Positions 26,601 to 36,152 of a DNA stretch of 54,682 bases are shown here, in pieces; position 1 is the stretch's first letter, and every line of letters starts with the position of its first letter. Origin of the DNA: an uncultured Clostridia bacterium. GTDB lineage: Bacteria > Bacillota > Clostridia > Christensenellales > Borkfalkiaceae. Under the pieces are notes generated by a model. The model saw only the letters and a program-made list of their open reading frames with translations. It made no database searches and was not told where the DNA came from. The stretch covers positions 1-54,682 of the forward strand of contig CANQRP010000001.1 of the NCBI GenBank assembly GCA_947626305.1. Reading direction: 5' to 3'. The position numbers and the translations under genes are program-made.

Positions 26601-26644
26601 GGCTCAGGGTGACATAGAGCGTCAGAGCGGACAAATTGAGGGCA

Positions 26645-27862
26645 TCAGAAGCCGCCGGCGCCGGCAGACATGCTGAAGATCGGTACGTAGATCGCTATGA
26701 CGATAAACCCTACCACTACACCCAATATGATTGTGATCATCGGCTCGATCATGCCAAGCGCACGGTCGGACGCGGTGACGGCTTCGTCGTTATAATACAA
26801 CCCGATGGTGCGCAGCGTGTCTTCCAACATACCAGAACTCTCCCCCACCGTGATCATTTCGATGAGCATGGAGGGCAGATATTTGGAATCTTTGAGCGCT
26901 TCGCCCAAACTCATGCCGCTCTCGAGCTTGACGATCGCCTCGTTGAGCTCCTTGCCGACGCAACGGCTATCTACCACGCGGCTGACAATATCGAGCGCAC
27001 GCGTTACGGGCAGCCCCGCCGCAAGCAACGTTGCCAGCGTGTTTGCCGTCTGCGCCGCGGCGTTGAAGCGGGTGATCTTGCCGATCACGGGCATCTTCAT
27101 GCGAATTTTGGAATACGCCATCTTTCCGCTCTCGGTTTTGCCGATGAAGTAGATCGCCAAAATCACCGCAACGATAATGGCAATGAGCAGCCACCACCAA
27201 TGCGAGAAGAAGTTGGAAATGGCAATGAGGATGCGGGTGATGAGCGGAAGCTCGGTGCCGAAAGACGTCAACGTCTCGGTCATCCGAGGGACGAGCACGA
27301 CCATGACGACGCCGATGACGACGATCGCCAACAGGAGCACGATGATAGGATACGTGAGCGCGGAACGAATTTTCTTCTGCGTTTTTGCGGCGCGTGCGTA
27401 ATACTCTTCGAGGCTTTGGAAGGACTGCTCCAAAGTACCTGATTCCTCGCCCGCGCGCACCGTTTCGATGAACACGGCGGGGATCTTTTTGCCGTTTTTC
27501 TCCAAACTGTTGGCGAGCGAATAGCCCGCGGCGACGTCCGCCGCGCTCGCCCGCAGATAACGGCGCATGAGCTTGTCGTCACACTGTTCGGCAATGAGCT
27601 CGATGGTGCGGGACATGGTAAGCCCCGCTTTCAGCATGATGAAAAATTGGTTCGCCGTAAGAGACAACGTTTTGTTGCTGACCCAGAGCGGCTCGTTGAT
27701 GTCGATATTTACGCGCCGTTCTTTGCGCACGGGCTTGATGGATTCCACCACCGCATAGCTCTTGCGTATTTCGTTGACTGCTTCAAACTCGTCGTACGCT
27801 TCGACTACGCCGTTTACTGTGGACCCGTCCTGCGCGATCGCACGGTACTTATATGTCTGCAT
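26645..27862 (-). CDS. pilC: type IV pilus platform protein PilC (GspF family)
   Basis: 405 aa. Duplicated GspF-type domain, three TM blocks, N-terminus MQTYKYRAIAQDGSTVNGVVEA typical of PilC. Confidence 0.9.
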   Translation of the reverse strand: MQTYKYRAIAQDGSTVNGVVEAYDEFEAVNEIRKSYAVVESIKPVRKERRVNIDINEPLWVSNKTLSLTANQFFIMLKAGLTMSRTIELIAEQCDDKLMRRYLRASAADVAAGYSLANSLEKNGKKIPAVFIETVRAGEESGTLEQSFQSLEEYYARAAKTQKKIRSALTYPIIVLLLAIVVIGVVMVVLVPRMTETLTSFGTELPLITRILIAISNFFSHWWWLLIAIIVAVILAIYFIGKTESGKMAYSKIRMKMPVIGKITRFNAAAQTANTLATLLAAGLPVTRALDIVSRVVDSRCVGKELNEAIVKLESGMSLGEALKDSKYLPSMLIEMITVGESSGMLEDTLRTIGLYYNDEAVTASDRALGMIEPMITIILGVVVGFIVIAIYVPIFSMSAGAGGF

Positions 27863-27927
27863 ACGCCCTCCTTGATAATTTCAGCGGCGTCTCCGCCCGT
27901 TTTGCCGCTCCGCTTGCGGCAAGCGAC

Positions 27928-28977
27928 TTAAAATACGTTTTTGCGAATAAACTCGGGGTCGTGTGCCGCCGCTTTTGCCGTTTCCGCCGAGATCGCCTTC
28001 TGACGGTAGAGGGCGATGATGGAATTGTCCATCGTGACAGACCCTTCCGCCGCGGAAGTTGCCATGGAGCTCGCGATCTGCGGGGTCTTGCCCTCGCGGA
28101 TGAGGTTGCGGATCGCGGGAGTGACCATCATCAACTCGCACGCCGCCACTCTTCCGCCGGTCTTGCGGGGCAACAGCTGTTGGGAAAGCACCGCCATGAG
28201 CGTGGTGGAAAGCTGCATTCTGATCTGCTTTTGCCGCATTTCGGGGAAAACGGAGACGATACGGTCGATCGAGTCCGGTGCGGAATTGGTGTGCAACGTG
28301 GCAAATACCAAGTGACCGGTCTCCGCCGCCGTGAGCGCCGTCTCGATCGTGTCGAGATCGCGCATTTCGCCGATGAGAATGACGTCGGGGTCTTCACGCA
28401 AGATCGCCCTCAGACCGCTGCCGTAGCTCTCGGTGTCCGCCCCGATCTCACGTTGGTTGATGACGCACTTGTCGGGTTCGTAAATGTACTCGATGGGGTC
28501 TTCCAAAGTGATGATGTGGGCGTTTTCGGTATGGTTGATGCGGTTGAGCATCGCCGCGAGCGTGGTGGATTTACCGGAGCCCGTTTCGCCCGTTACCAGC
28601 ACGATGCCGCGGTTGAGCCCGGGCAACGTCTGCACCATGGGCGGAAGACCGAGCGTGTCGAGCTCGGGGATCTTATCCGAAAGGATACGGATCGCCGCCG
28701 AGACCGAACCCTGCTGGCGGAATAAATTGATACGGCAACGAATGTGCCCCGGGAAGGTGAGCGCGAGGTCGAGCTCCCCCATTTTTTCGATTTTTGTGTA
28801 CTCCGCACCCGCCATTTCCCGCGCGTAAAACTCGCAGTCGGCAGCGGTAAGCGGAGCGCCGAAGTTCTGAAGCTGACCGTCGATCCGGATCCGGGGGGGC
28901 AAATTGCGCACGAGGTGAATATCGGACGCGCGCATGTCTCTCGCCTGCGCGATCAACCTGTTGAGTTCCATCGGCAT
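27928..28977 (-). CDS. pilT: type IV pilus retraction ATPase PilT
   Basis: 349 aa. ASDIHL, Walker A GETGSGKSTT, Asp box, Walker B ILIGEMRD, His box ATLHTNSA. Confidence 0.95.
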   Translation of the reverse strand: MPMELNRLIAQARDMRASDIHLVRNLPPRIRIDGQLQNFGAPLTAADCEFYAREMAGAEYTKIEKMGELDLALTFPGHIRCRINLFRQQGSVSAAIRILSDKIPELDTLGLPPMVQTLPGLNRGIVLVTGETGSGKSTTLAAMLNRINHTENAHIITLEDPIEYIYEPDKCVINQREIGADTESYGSGLRAILREDPDVILIGEMRDLDTIETALTAAETGHLVFATLHTNSAPDSIDRIVSVFPEMRQKQIRMQLSTTLMAVLSQQLLPRKTGGRVAACELMMVTPAIRNLIREGKTPQIASSMATSAAEGSVTMDNSIIALYRQKAISAETAKAAAHDPEFIRKNVF

Positions 28978-29051
28978 AACCTGTTCTCCTTATGGAAAGT
29001 TTCTCTTAGTTTAATACTTTTTATTTCTATATAATGTTATAGGCGGTGGGT

Positions 29052-30752
29052 TCAACCGAGGTCGGCATTGAGCACGCCGAGCGCCTCTTCCGCCGAGGTG
29101 ATGCCCGCAAGCACCAATTTGCGGCAACTCTCCCGCAGAGTGGAGAAGGTGCCCTGTTTTACCCCTTCTGCAAGCTGCGCGGTGTGATGACCTTCCGCGA
29201 TCGCGCGCTTGAAGTCCTTATCGAGCAGCAAAATTTCGAATACGCCCGTCCGCCCGACGTAGCCGGTGTGATAGCAGTGCGGGCAACCCTTGCCGCGGTA
29301 GAAGCGGACGTCTTCCGCCGTTTCTTCGCACCCGAGCGCCGCGAGCACCTCGGGCGAGGGGGTATAAGCCTCCTTGCAGTGAGGGCAAATGCGCCGCACC
29401 AACCGCTGGGAGATCACGCCGTTGAGCGCGTCTGCGATCATGTAGGGCGCCACGCCGATGTCCACCAAACGATCGATCGCGGAGAGCGCGTCGCTCGTAT
29501 GCACGGTGGAGAGCACCAAGTGACCCGTGATCGCCGAACGAACGGCGATCTCCGCCGTCTCGCCGTCACGGATCTCACCGATGGCAATGATGTCGGGATC
29601 CTGACGGAGGATCGCGCGCAAGCCTTCCGCAAAGGTCATGTTGACTTTTTCGTTGATCTGAACCTGATTTACGCCGTCGATGTCGTACTCGATGGGGTCT
29701 TCCAAAGTGACGAGGTTGACTTCGTCGGTATTGAGAGAACGGATCATCGTGTACATCGTGGACGATTTGCCCGAGCCGGTCGGTCCCACAATGAGGACCA
29801 TGCCGTGCGCGGCGGAGAGCAGGCGATGATATTTTTCGAGATTTTCGCCTTCGAGACCAATGGCGTGCGCGTCGAGCAGCTGCGCGGATTTATCGAGCAG
29901 ACGGACGACGACCTTTTCCCCGTACATCGTGGGGATGGTGGACATACGGAGGTCGATATTGTGCCCTTTTACGAGGACGTTTGCACGACCGTCCTGCGGG
30001 ATGCGGGACTCGGCGATGTCCATTCCGCCCATGATCTTCAAGCGGGATACCACCGTGCGTTTGAGCTCGTCGGGTACGGTCAGCACCGTGCGCAACTTGC
30101 CGTCGATCCTCATGCGGACGACGACTTCATCCGCGCGGGGTTCGATGTGCACGTCGCTCGCGCGTTCGGAGGAAGCGCGTTCCAGAATGGAATTAACGAG
30201 GCGGACGGTGGGCGCGGATTGCTGCGTCTCTTCCGAGACCTCTTCGCTGTGGGGACGGGCGGACGCCGCCGTGTCGCGGGCGTTCGTGTCGCCGCGCATC
30301 TCCTCGATGGCACGCGCGACCCCCTCGTTGCCGTAGAGGGTGGAGATCGCCTTGTTCACCGCCACCGTAGTGGCGATCTTGGGCAAAATGCGCTTACGCG
30401 TTGCCGTACGGACCTCTTCGAGCGCGACGAAATTCAACGGGTCGGACATTGCAAGCGTGAGCTCGTCTTTATTGAGCCGTACGGGAACAACGCCGTGCCG
30501 ACGCGCAATATTCTTGGGCACGAGCGAAGCGAGCTCGATGGGGATGCGCACTTTGGAAAGATCGATGAAATCGATCCCGAGCTGCATCTCGAGCGTTTCG
30601 ATGAGGAGTTGTTCGTTGATGATGCCCTCTTCGATCAGAATCGTACCGAGACGCTCGTGCTTGGTCTTTTGCAATTCAAGCGCCTGATTAAGCTGTTCCT
30701 GCGTGATAGCACCATTGTTGACGAGGATATCGCCTAAACGAAAGTATTCCAT
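29052..30752 (-). CDS. pilB: type IV pilus assembly ATPase PilB (GspE family) with N-terminal MshEN-type domain
   Basis: 566 aa. Walker A GPTGSGKSST, ILRQDPDII, tetracysteine CPHC...CPHC. N-terminus carries two RLGxx..G....L...L..Q motifs. Confidence 0.95.
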   Translation of the reverse strand: MEYFRLGDILVNNGAITQEQLNQALELQKTKHERLGTILIEEGIINEQLLIETLEMQLGIDFIDLSKVRIPIELASLVPKNIARRHGVVPVRLNKDELTLAMSDPLNFVALEEVRTATRKRILPKIATTVAVNKAISTLYGNEGVARAIEEMRGDTNARDTAASARPHSEEVSEETQQSAPTVRLVNSILERASSERASDVHIEPRADEVVVRMRIDGKLRTVLTVPDELKRTVVSRLKIMGGMDIAESRIPQDGRANVLVKGHNIDLRMSTIPTMYGEKVVVRLLDKSAQLLDAHAIGLEGENLEKYHRLLSAAHGMVLIVGPTGSGKSSTMYTMIRSLNTDEVNLVTLEDPIEYDIDGVNQVQINEKVNMTFAEGLRAILRQDPDIIAIGEIRDGETAEIAVRSAITGHLVLSTVHTSDALSAIDRLVDIGVAPYMIADALNGVISQRLVRRICPHCKEAYTPSPEVLAALGCEETAEDVRFYRGKGCPHCYHTGYVGRTGVFEILLLDKDFKRAIAEGHHTAQLAEGVKQGTFSTLRESCRKLVLAGITSAEEALGVLNADLG

Positions 30753-30789
30753 TTCTTCTCCCTTTCGCGTAATCTGACTCTGCGTTTAT

Positions 30790-30817
30790 ATTATCACAAA
30801 AACCGAAACTTTGTCAA
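30790..30817 (-). promoter_or_regulatory. sigma-A-type promoter TTGACA-16-GATAAT (TGT extended) for pilB
   Basis: Coding-strand read TTGACAaagtttcggtttttgtGATAAT, ~37 nt upstream of the pilB ATG. Confidence 0.55.
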
Positions 30818-30907
30818 GAAATTCGAACAGTTCTCACACAATTTCCGATTTTTTCAAAGGTTCGCCAAAATCAACCTGCCCTTTTCCCTCGAAAAACGGG
30901 ACACAGG

Positions 30908-33670
30908 TCACTCTTTTTCGTTGCCGAGCAGCTGATCCTTCAACACTTTCATGAGACGGGGAATGTCAATCGGCTTAGCAATGTGGGCATTCATCCCGCA
31001 CTCGGCGGCGAGGCGGCGGTCTTCGTCGAACGCGTTCGCCGTCATCGCAATGATGGGAACGGAGGCGAGCCGTTCGTCTTCGAGCGCACGGATGGCACGG
31101 GTCGCCCGATAGCCGTCCATGACGGGCATCTGTACATCCATCAGCACGATGTCGTAATGACCCGGCTCGGAGTTTTTGACTTTTTCCACCGCAACGGAGC
31201 CATCCTCCGCCGTCTCCACTTCGAAGCCGCTCTCGGTCAACAGTTCCTCGGCGATCTCGCGGTTGAGTTCGTTGTCTTCGACGAGGAGGACGCGCTTCCC
31301 CTTGAATTCTTCAACGTCCATCGCGGCGGAAAGCTGCGGCGGCTCTTCTTTCTTGTTCGAATCGATGACAGATACGAGCGTTTCGCGCAGCTCGGACAGG
31401 AAGATGGGTTTGTTGCAATAGGCGGTGACGCCGATGTCCTTTGCCTCGTCCATGATGGCGGTGACGTCGTATGCCGTGATGATGATAATGGGAATGTCGT
31501 CGCCGATGATCTTTCGGATCCGACGGACGATCTCGAACCCGCTCAGATCGGGCATCACCCAGTCGATGATATACACGGAGAAACCGTCGCCGACTTCCAA
31601 CGCCTGGTGGGCGCGGAGCACCGCCTCTTTTCCGTACATCGTCCACTCGGCGCGCATGCCGATCCGCATGAGCATTTTGGATACGCTGTCGCAAGTGTCG
31701 AAATTATCGTCCACGACGAGCGCGCGCATCCCCTCGAGTTCGTGTATCACGTCGAACTGCTTGCTCTCCGTCTGTAAACGGAACTGCAAATTGATGATGA
31801 ATTCGGTCCCTTTGTCCTTTTCGGTCACGAGGTCGATGGTGCCGCCCATCGTATCGACGATGCTCTTGGTGATCGCCATGCCGAGCCCGGTGCCCTGTAT
31901 CCCGCTTACTGTGGAAGTGCGTTCCCGTTCAAAGGGTTCGAAAATATGCTTTGCGAACTCCTGGCTCATGCCGATGCCCGTATCCTTCACCCGGATCTCG
32001 TAGGCGCCGTAGCCCGCGGGTGCACCCGCTTTTTGGCGGATGGTGAGCGAAATGGAGCCGCCCGCCGGAGTGAATTTGATGGCATTGGAGAGAAGATTCA
32101 GCAAAATTTGGTTGACATGCAGCTTGTCGCAGAATACGTCTTCGTCCATGACGTCGAGCGTATCCATGTAGAAATTGAGCTGCTTGCTCTTCATCTGCGT
32201 TTGGATGATGTTGCGCATATCGCGGAAAATATCCGAAATGCTGCACGCCTTCTCTTCGATATTGAGTTTTCCGCTCTCGATGCGGGACATATCGAGGATG
32301 TCGTTGATGAGCGAGAGCAGATGATTGCCCGACGACATGATCTTTTTGAGATAGTCCTGCACACGTTCTTTGTCGTTGATGTTGGTCTCGGCGAGCGCCG
32401 TGAAGCCCAAAATGGCGTTCATCGGGGTGCGGATGTCGTGCGACATATTGGAGAGGAAGGTGGTTTTCGCACGCTCCGCCGCTTCCGCCTTATGCAATTT
32501 TTCTTCGAGGACGGCGCGCTCCACCGATTTTGCGATCGCCTCCTTGGCGGTTTTGCGGATCCACAAAAGATACAGGGCAAGCGCGACCGCCAACACCGAG
32601 CCGACCACGATAAATACGATCTGCACCGACTTTACGTTGCTGAACGCAACGCTATCGGGAATGGCGATCAGCACGCTCCAACGCGGCGCCGCATCCCCCA
32701 CGGGCATGTAATAGATATGCGTCCACTCCTTTCGGCTATCGGACCAGATCTGAGCGCTGCCCGAGTCGAGCGCGATCACGTCGTTTTGGAACGCTTCCAT
32801 GGAATCCCAGCCGCGGATCTTGTGCCCCGCATAGTCGCTGAAATAGCCGAGCTCGTAGTCCTCGATCGGCTTACCTTCCGCGTCGTAGGCGTGCATGGTA
32901 TCCATGATCATTTCGTACTGCTTCGTCTCGTCGCCGCTGTCGTTGCGGGAGAGGACGTCTACGATCGCCACATCGGCATTGTCGTTGTAGATGTTCCGCA
33001 CTTTGAGCTGTTCGGGAAGGGACGAAAGCGGTGTAACGCCGCACAGCAACGCCACGATCTCATTGTCGCGCAAAACGGGAACGTATTGCTGCACGATCTG
33101 CACGCCCTCCATTCCCTTGCGCCTGCTGACCTCCCGCGACGAGATAAAGTCGCGGAAGCCGCCCTCCTCCGTGCGGAGCAGCGAGACAAGTCCCTCGTAT
33201 GCCGCTTGCGAGATGGGGAAATTTGACAGCCCTTCGTCGGGCAGGAACACGTCGCCGCTCGGCACATAGATCCTGAGATTCATCATCGCCTGGATGGGCT
33301 CGACGAGCGCGATGTCTTCCGCGATCTTTCGACGGAACTCCGCGAGAGCTGCCTCTTTTTCGGGCTCCGGGACGTCGAGATCGACGTCGAACGCGTCGGA
33401 TCCCGCGACGATCTCCGCCGTCGCGTCCAACACTTCCTTATCGCGCTGGAATTTGGAGCGGATCTGGTCGATGACCGTATGAGCCGCGTCGTCCAACTGC
33501 TCGTACGCTCTCCGGTATACGATCCGATAGCATCCGATGTACGCCGCGATCAGACCGGCAACGACCAGCAGGATCAGCAGGATGGTCGCAAAAAAATTTT
33601 TCGTTTCCGCGGTCCGGTTCTTCAACGTGATCTTTCCGTCCCGCTGTTTGGGTGTTTCGTGTTCGGACAT
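30908..33670 (-). CDS. hybrid sensor histidine kinase with two receiver domains
   Basis: The start at 33670 has a GGAGAA RBS; the ORF is open to 33715. TM, sensor region, TM. H-box SHDIRTPMNAI, GTGLGMAI. REC1 VYIIDWVMPDLSG, REC2 DIVLMDVQMPVMDG. Confidence 0.9.
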   Translation of the reverse strand: MSEHETPKQRDGKITLKNRTAETKNFFATILLILLVVAGLIAAYIGCYRIVYRRAYEQLDDAAHTVIDQIRSKFQRDKEVLDATAEIVAGSDAFDVDLDVPEPEKEAALAEFRRKIAEDIALVEPIQAMMNLRIYVPSGDVFLPDEGLSNFPISQAAYEGLVSLLRTEEGGFRDFISSREVSRRKGMEGVQIVQQYVPVLRDNEIVALLCGVTPLSSLPEQLKVRNIYNDNADVAIVDVLSRNDSGDETKQYEMIMDTMHAYDAEGKPIEDYELGYFSDYAGHKIRGWDSMEAFQNDVIALDSGSAQIWSDSRKEWTHIYYMPVGDAAPRWSVLIAIPDSVAFSNVKSVQIVFIVVGSVLAVALALYLLWIRKTAKEAIAKSVERAVLEEKLHKAEAAERAKTTFLSNMSHDIRTPMNAILGFTALAETNINDKERVQDYLKKIMSSGNHLLSLINDILDMSRIESGKLNIEEKACSISDIFRDMRNIIQTQMKSKQLNFYMDTLDVMDEDVFCDKLHVNQILLNLLSNAIKFTPAGGSISLTIRQKAGAPAGYGAYEIRVKDTGIGMSQEFAKHIFEPFERERTSTVSGIQGTGLGMAITKSIVDTMGGTIDLVTEKDKGTEFIINLQFRLQTESKQFDVIHELEGMRALVVDDNFDTCDSVSKMLMRIGMRAEWTMYGKEAVLRAHQALEVGDGFSVYIIDWVMPDLSGFEIVRRIRKIIGDDIPIIIITAYDVTAIMDEAKDIGVTAYCNKPIFLSELRETLVSVIDSNKKEEPPQLSAAMDVEEFKGKRVLLVEDNELNREIAEELLTESGFEVETAEDGSVAVEKVKNSEPGHYDIVLMDVQMPVMDGYRATRAIRALEDERLASVPIIAMTANAFDEDRRLAAECGMNAHIAKPIDIPRLMKVLKDQLLGNEKE

Positions 33671-33711
33671 ATCATTCTCCGCCCTTGTCGGCACCGACGC
33701 TCCCGCCGTGC

Positions 33712-34068
33712 TCAAAGGCTCGCTTCAAACGTTTTGATCGCCTCTACGGTCTTTTCATAATCCGCCTGTACGGGAGGGAGCAACTCCGCAGCGCCACCGA
33801 GCTCTCCTCCGCGGAGCGATTCGGTAAGCGCCGTGGAAGATTTTTCGAGCGCGGTAAAGCCCAAGTTCTGGCACATGCCCTTGATGGTGTGGGCGGCGCG
33901 GAAAGCCTCCGGCGCGTTTCCCTCCGCCAGAGATCGCAAAAGCAGTTGGTAACTGCCGTCCGCGGGGAATTTCAGCATGAACTTCTGCACGAGCCGTTCG
34001 CTGCGCAGCCTGCCGATCACATCGTCGTAATTGCCTCCGAGCGCCCGATAACATTCCTGAATGGTCAT
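33712..34068 (-). CDS. histidine phosphotransfer (Hpt) domain protein
   Basis: 118 aa with Hpt signature AAHTIKGMCQNLGF. Confidence 0.85.
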   Translation of the reverse strand: MTIQECYRALGGNYDDVIGRLRSERLVQKFMLKFPADGSYQLLLRSLAEGNAPEAFRAAHTIKGMCQNLGFTALEKSSTALTESLRGGELGGAAELLPPVQADYEKTVEAIKTFEASL

Positions 34069-34070
34069 AT

Positions 34071-36137
34071 TTACTCCGTTGATCCTGTGTTGGGAGCGGA
34101 TGTCCCGCTCTCCATTGATGCCTCGTAAAAGTTATAGGTGGCTTTGCCTTGATTTTTGGATGCGTAGAGCGCGAGGTCCGCCTTGCGGAAGAGTTCGCTG
34201 TAACGCTCCTCCCGTTCCTGCATCTCCACCACGCCCATGCTTACGGTGAGGTCGAAATCGCCCACCTTGCCGCAGAGCGATCTGAACACACGCGCGATGA
34301 TGGGACGGATGTCGCCGTCGTACTCGAACACGATGAGGAATTCGTCGCCGCCGATGCGCGCACACAAGTCGTGCACCCGCGTGCTGTGGAGGAGCCGCTC
34401 GGACACCTCCTGTAATACTTTATCGCCGAACAGGTGTCCGTATTCGTCGTTCGCGCTCTTGAAAGAGTCGATATCGAACACGGCGACCGCATATTTCCTG
34501 TCCGGGAAATTGATGAATTTTTGGGGGAGCTCTTCGTTTGCGCCCTCTCGGTTGAGAAGCCCCGTGAGCGGGTCGCGGATGGATTTTTCCCGCAGTTCGC
34601 TCATGGCGATGTGGGTGTCGTTTACGTCTACGAGCTTCCCGATCGCACTTTCGATGGTGGGGTGCATGTCGTCCGTCCAGATGGCACGCATGATGACGTT
34701 GTACCAACGCATCTCCCCTCCGATGGGAAGCTGGCATTCGTGGCGGAACTCGGGGGACTCGGGCGAAGTCCGCTTGAAAAACTCGCCGAGCCGTACGAAC
34801 CAATCTTTCCCGAGCTGCTCCGCGAGAGCGAGATTGCTCGCGGGATCGACGATCTCCTGCCCCACGCCGAATTTCCGCGCCCCCCACGAGGAGAGAACGA
34901 GGATGTTTTCGGCGACCCGATATTCGAACTGGATCTCTTCCGTGAGTTCCGCATAGAAGTTGTACTTCATGCGCTCGTAGTCGAGAAGTTTGAGGGTGCG
35001 TTCGGAAGCGCTCGGACCTTTGGAATGGACCACCGCGTCCGCAAAGTTGCGGATCTCGCGACGGCTCGCATTCTCGCTCGTTTCATGGGAGAGCGTGGTG
35101 CGGATGTTGTCGAATTCGTCCGAAAGGCATTCGAGCAACAGCGGATTGAAGGTCCCGCACTGCCCCGACAAGATCATCGTCTTGGCTTGCTCGGGAGAAA
35201 GGGGCGGTTTGTACACCCGTTCGCTCGTGAGCGCGTCGTACACGTCCGCGAGGGCAACGATCTGGGCGGAGATGGGGATATCGTCCCCTTTCAGCCCGTC
35301 GGGATACCCCCTGCCGTCCCAACGCTCATGATGCCAACGGCAAATTTCATAAGCGTGCTTGATGAGCGGGTCGCCCTTGTGCGCCGCGATCCCTTCGAGC
35401 ATGTTCGCACCGATCATGCTGTGCGTCTTCATCACGGCAAACTCCTCTTCGGTCAGTTTGCCCGGTTTGTTGAGAATTTTATCGTCGATGCCGATCTTCC
35501 CGATGTCATGCAGCGCCGACGCCATGGCGATGACCGAAATATCCGTCTCGCTCAGCGGATAGCGGTCGGTCTTCTTCACAAGTTTTCTGAGCAGGAAATC
35601 GGTGATCGTGCGCACATGAAGGATATGCAGACCGCTCTCGCCGTTGCGAAATTCGACGATGTGGCTCAGAATATCCACCATCATGCTGCTGTTCTGTTCT
35701 TTCTCGTTGATCTGCGCCTCGATGATGCCGATCAACTTTCTCTGCTTGGCGTACAGAAAGATGGTGTTGAGTACGCGGCGATGGACGATGGAGGCGTCGA
35801 ACGGGCGCATGATAAAGTCGGTCGCGCCAAGTTCGTATGCCCGCTCGATCTGCGCCGAAGCCGTCTCCGCGGAGACCATGATGACGGGTAGGTCTTCGAT
35901 GAGACGGGTGCGCTTCATCTCGGTGAGAACGTCGAACCCGTCCTTTTTGGGCATTACGATGTCGAGCAGAACGAGAGAGAAGCGATCGCTCTCTCTCGCG
36001 AGGATCTCGAGGGCGATCTCCCCGTCCTCTGCTTCGGTGACGTCGAATTCATCCGCCAACATATCCGCGAGAATGGAACGGTTCATCTCCGAATCGTCCA
36101 CAATGAGAATTCTTTCCCGCGCCTGTCCTTGCTGCAT
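34071..36137 (-). CDS. response regulator with REC, HD-GYP and GGDEF domains
   Basis: REC LVLLDIVMPKKDG. HD-GYP LHDIGKI...HHERWDGRGYPDGL. GGDEF DPLTGLLNR...RIGGDEFLIVF with RVHD (RxxD) 5 residues upstream. Confidence 0.9.
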   Translation of the reverse strand: MQQGQARERILIVDDSEMNRSILADMLADEFDVTEAEDGEIALEILARESDRFSLVLLDIVMPKKDGFDVLTEMKRTRLIEDLPVIMVSAETASAQIERAYELGATDFIMRPFDASIVHRRVLNTIFLYAKQRKLIGIIEAQINEKEQNSSMMVDILSHIVEFRNGESGLHILHVRTITDFLLRKLVKKTDRYPLSETDISVIAMASALHDIGKIGIDDKILNKPGKLTEEEFAVMKTHSMIGANMLEGIAAHKGDPLIKHAYEICRWHHERWDGRGYPDGLKGDDIPISAQIVALADVYDALTSERVYKPPLSPEQAKTMILSGQCGTFNPLLLECLSDEFDNIRTTLSHETSENASRREIRNFADAVVHSKGPSASERTLKLLDYERMKYNFYAELTEEIQFEYRVAENILVLSSWGARKFGVGQEIVDPASNLALAEQLGKDWFVRLGEFFKRTSPESPEFRHECQLPIGGEMRWYNVIMRAIWTDDMHPTIESAIGKLVDVNDTHIAMSELREKSIRDPLTGLLNREGANEELPQKFINFPDRKYAVAVFDIDSFKSANDEYGHLFGDKVLQEVSERLLHSTRVHDLCARIGGDEFLIVFEYDGDIRPIIARVFRSLCGKVGDFDLTVSMGVVEMQEREERYSELFRKADLALYASKNQGKATYNFYEASMESGTSAPNTGSTE

Positions 36138-36152
36138 GCTTTTTTGCCTCTT

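Noticed and set aside
25620-26640. Possible CRISPR array
   Set aside because: The repeats are of several interleaved types and of unequal length and spacing. They have no regular repeat-spacer periodicity and no unique spacers of constant size, and no cas genes are in the window.
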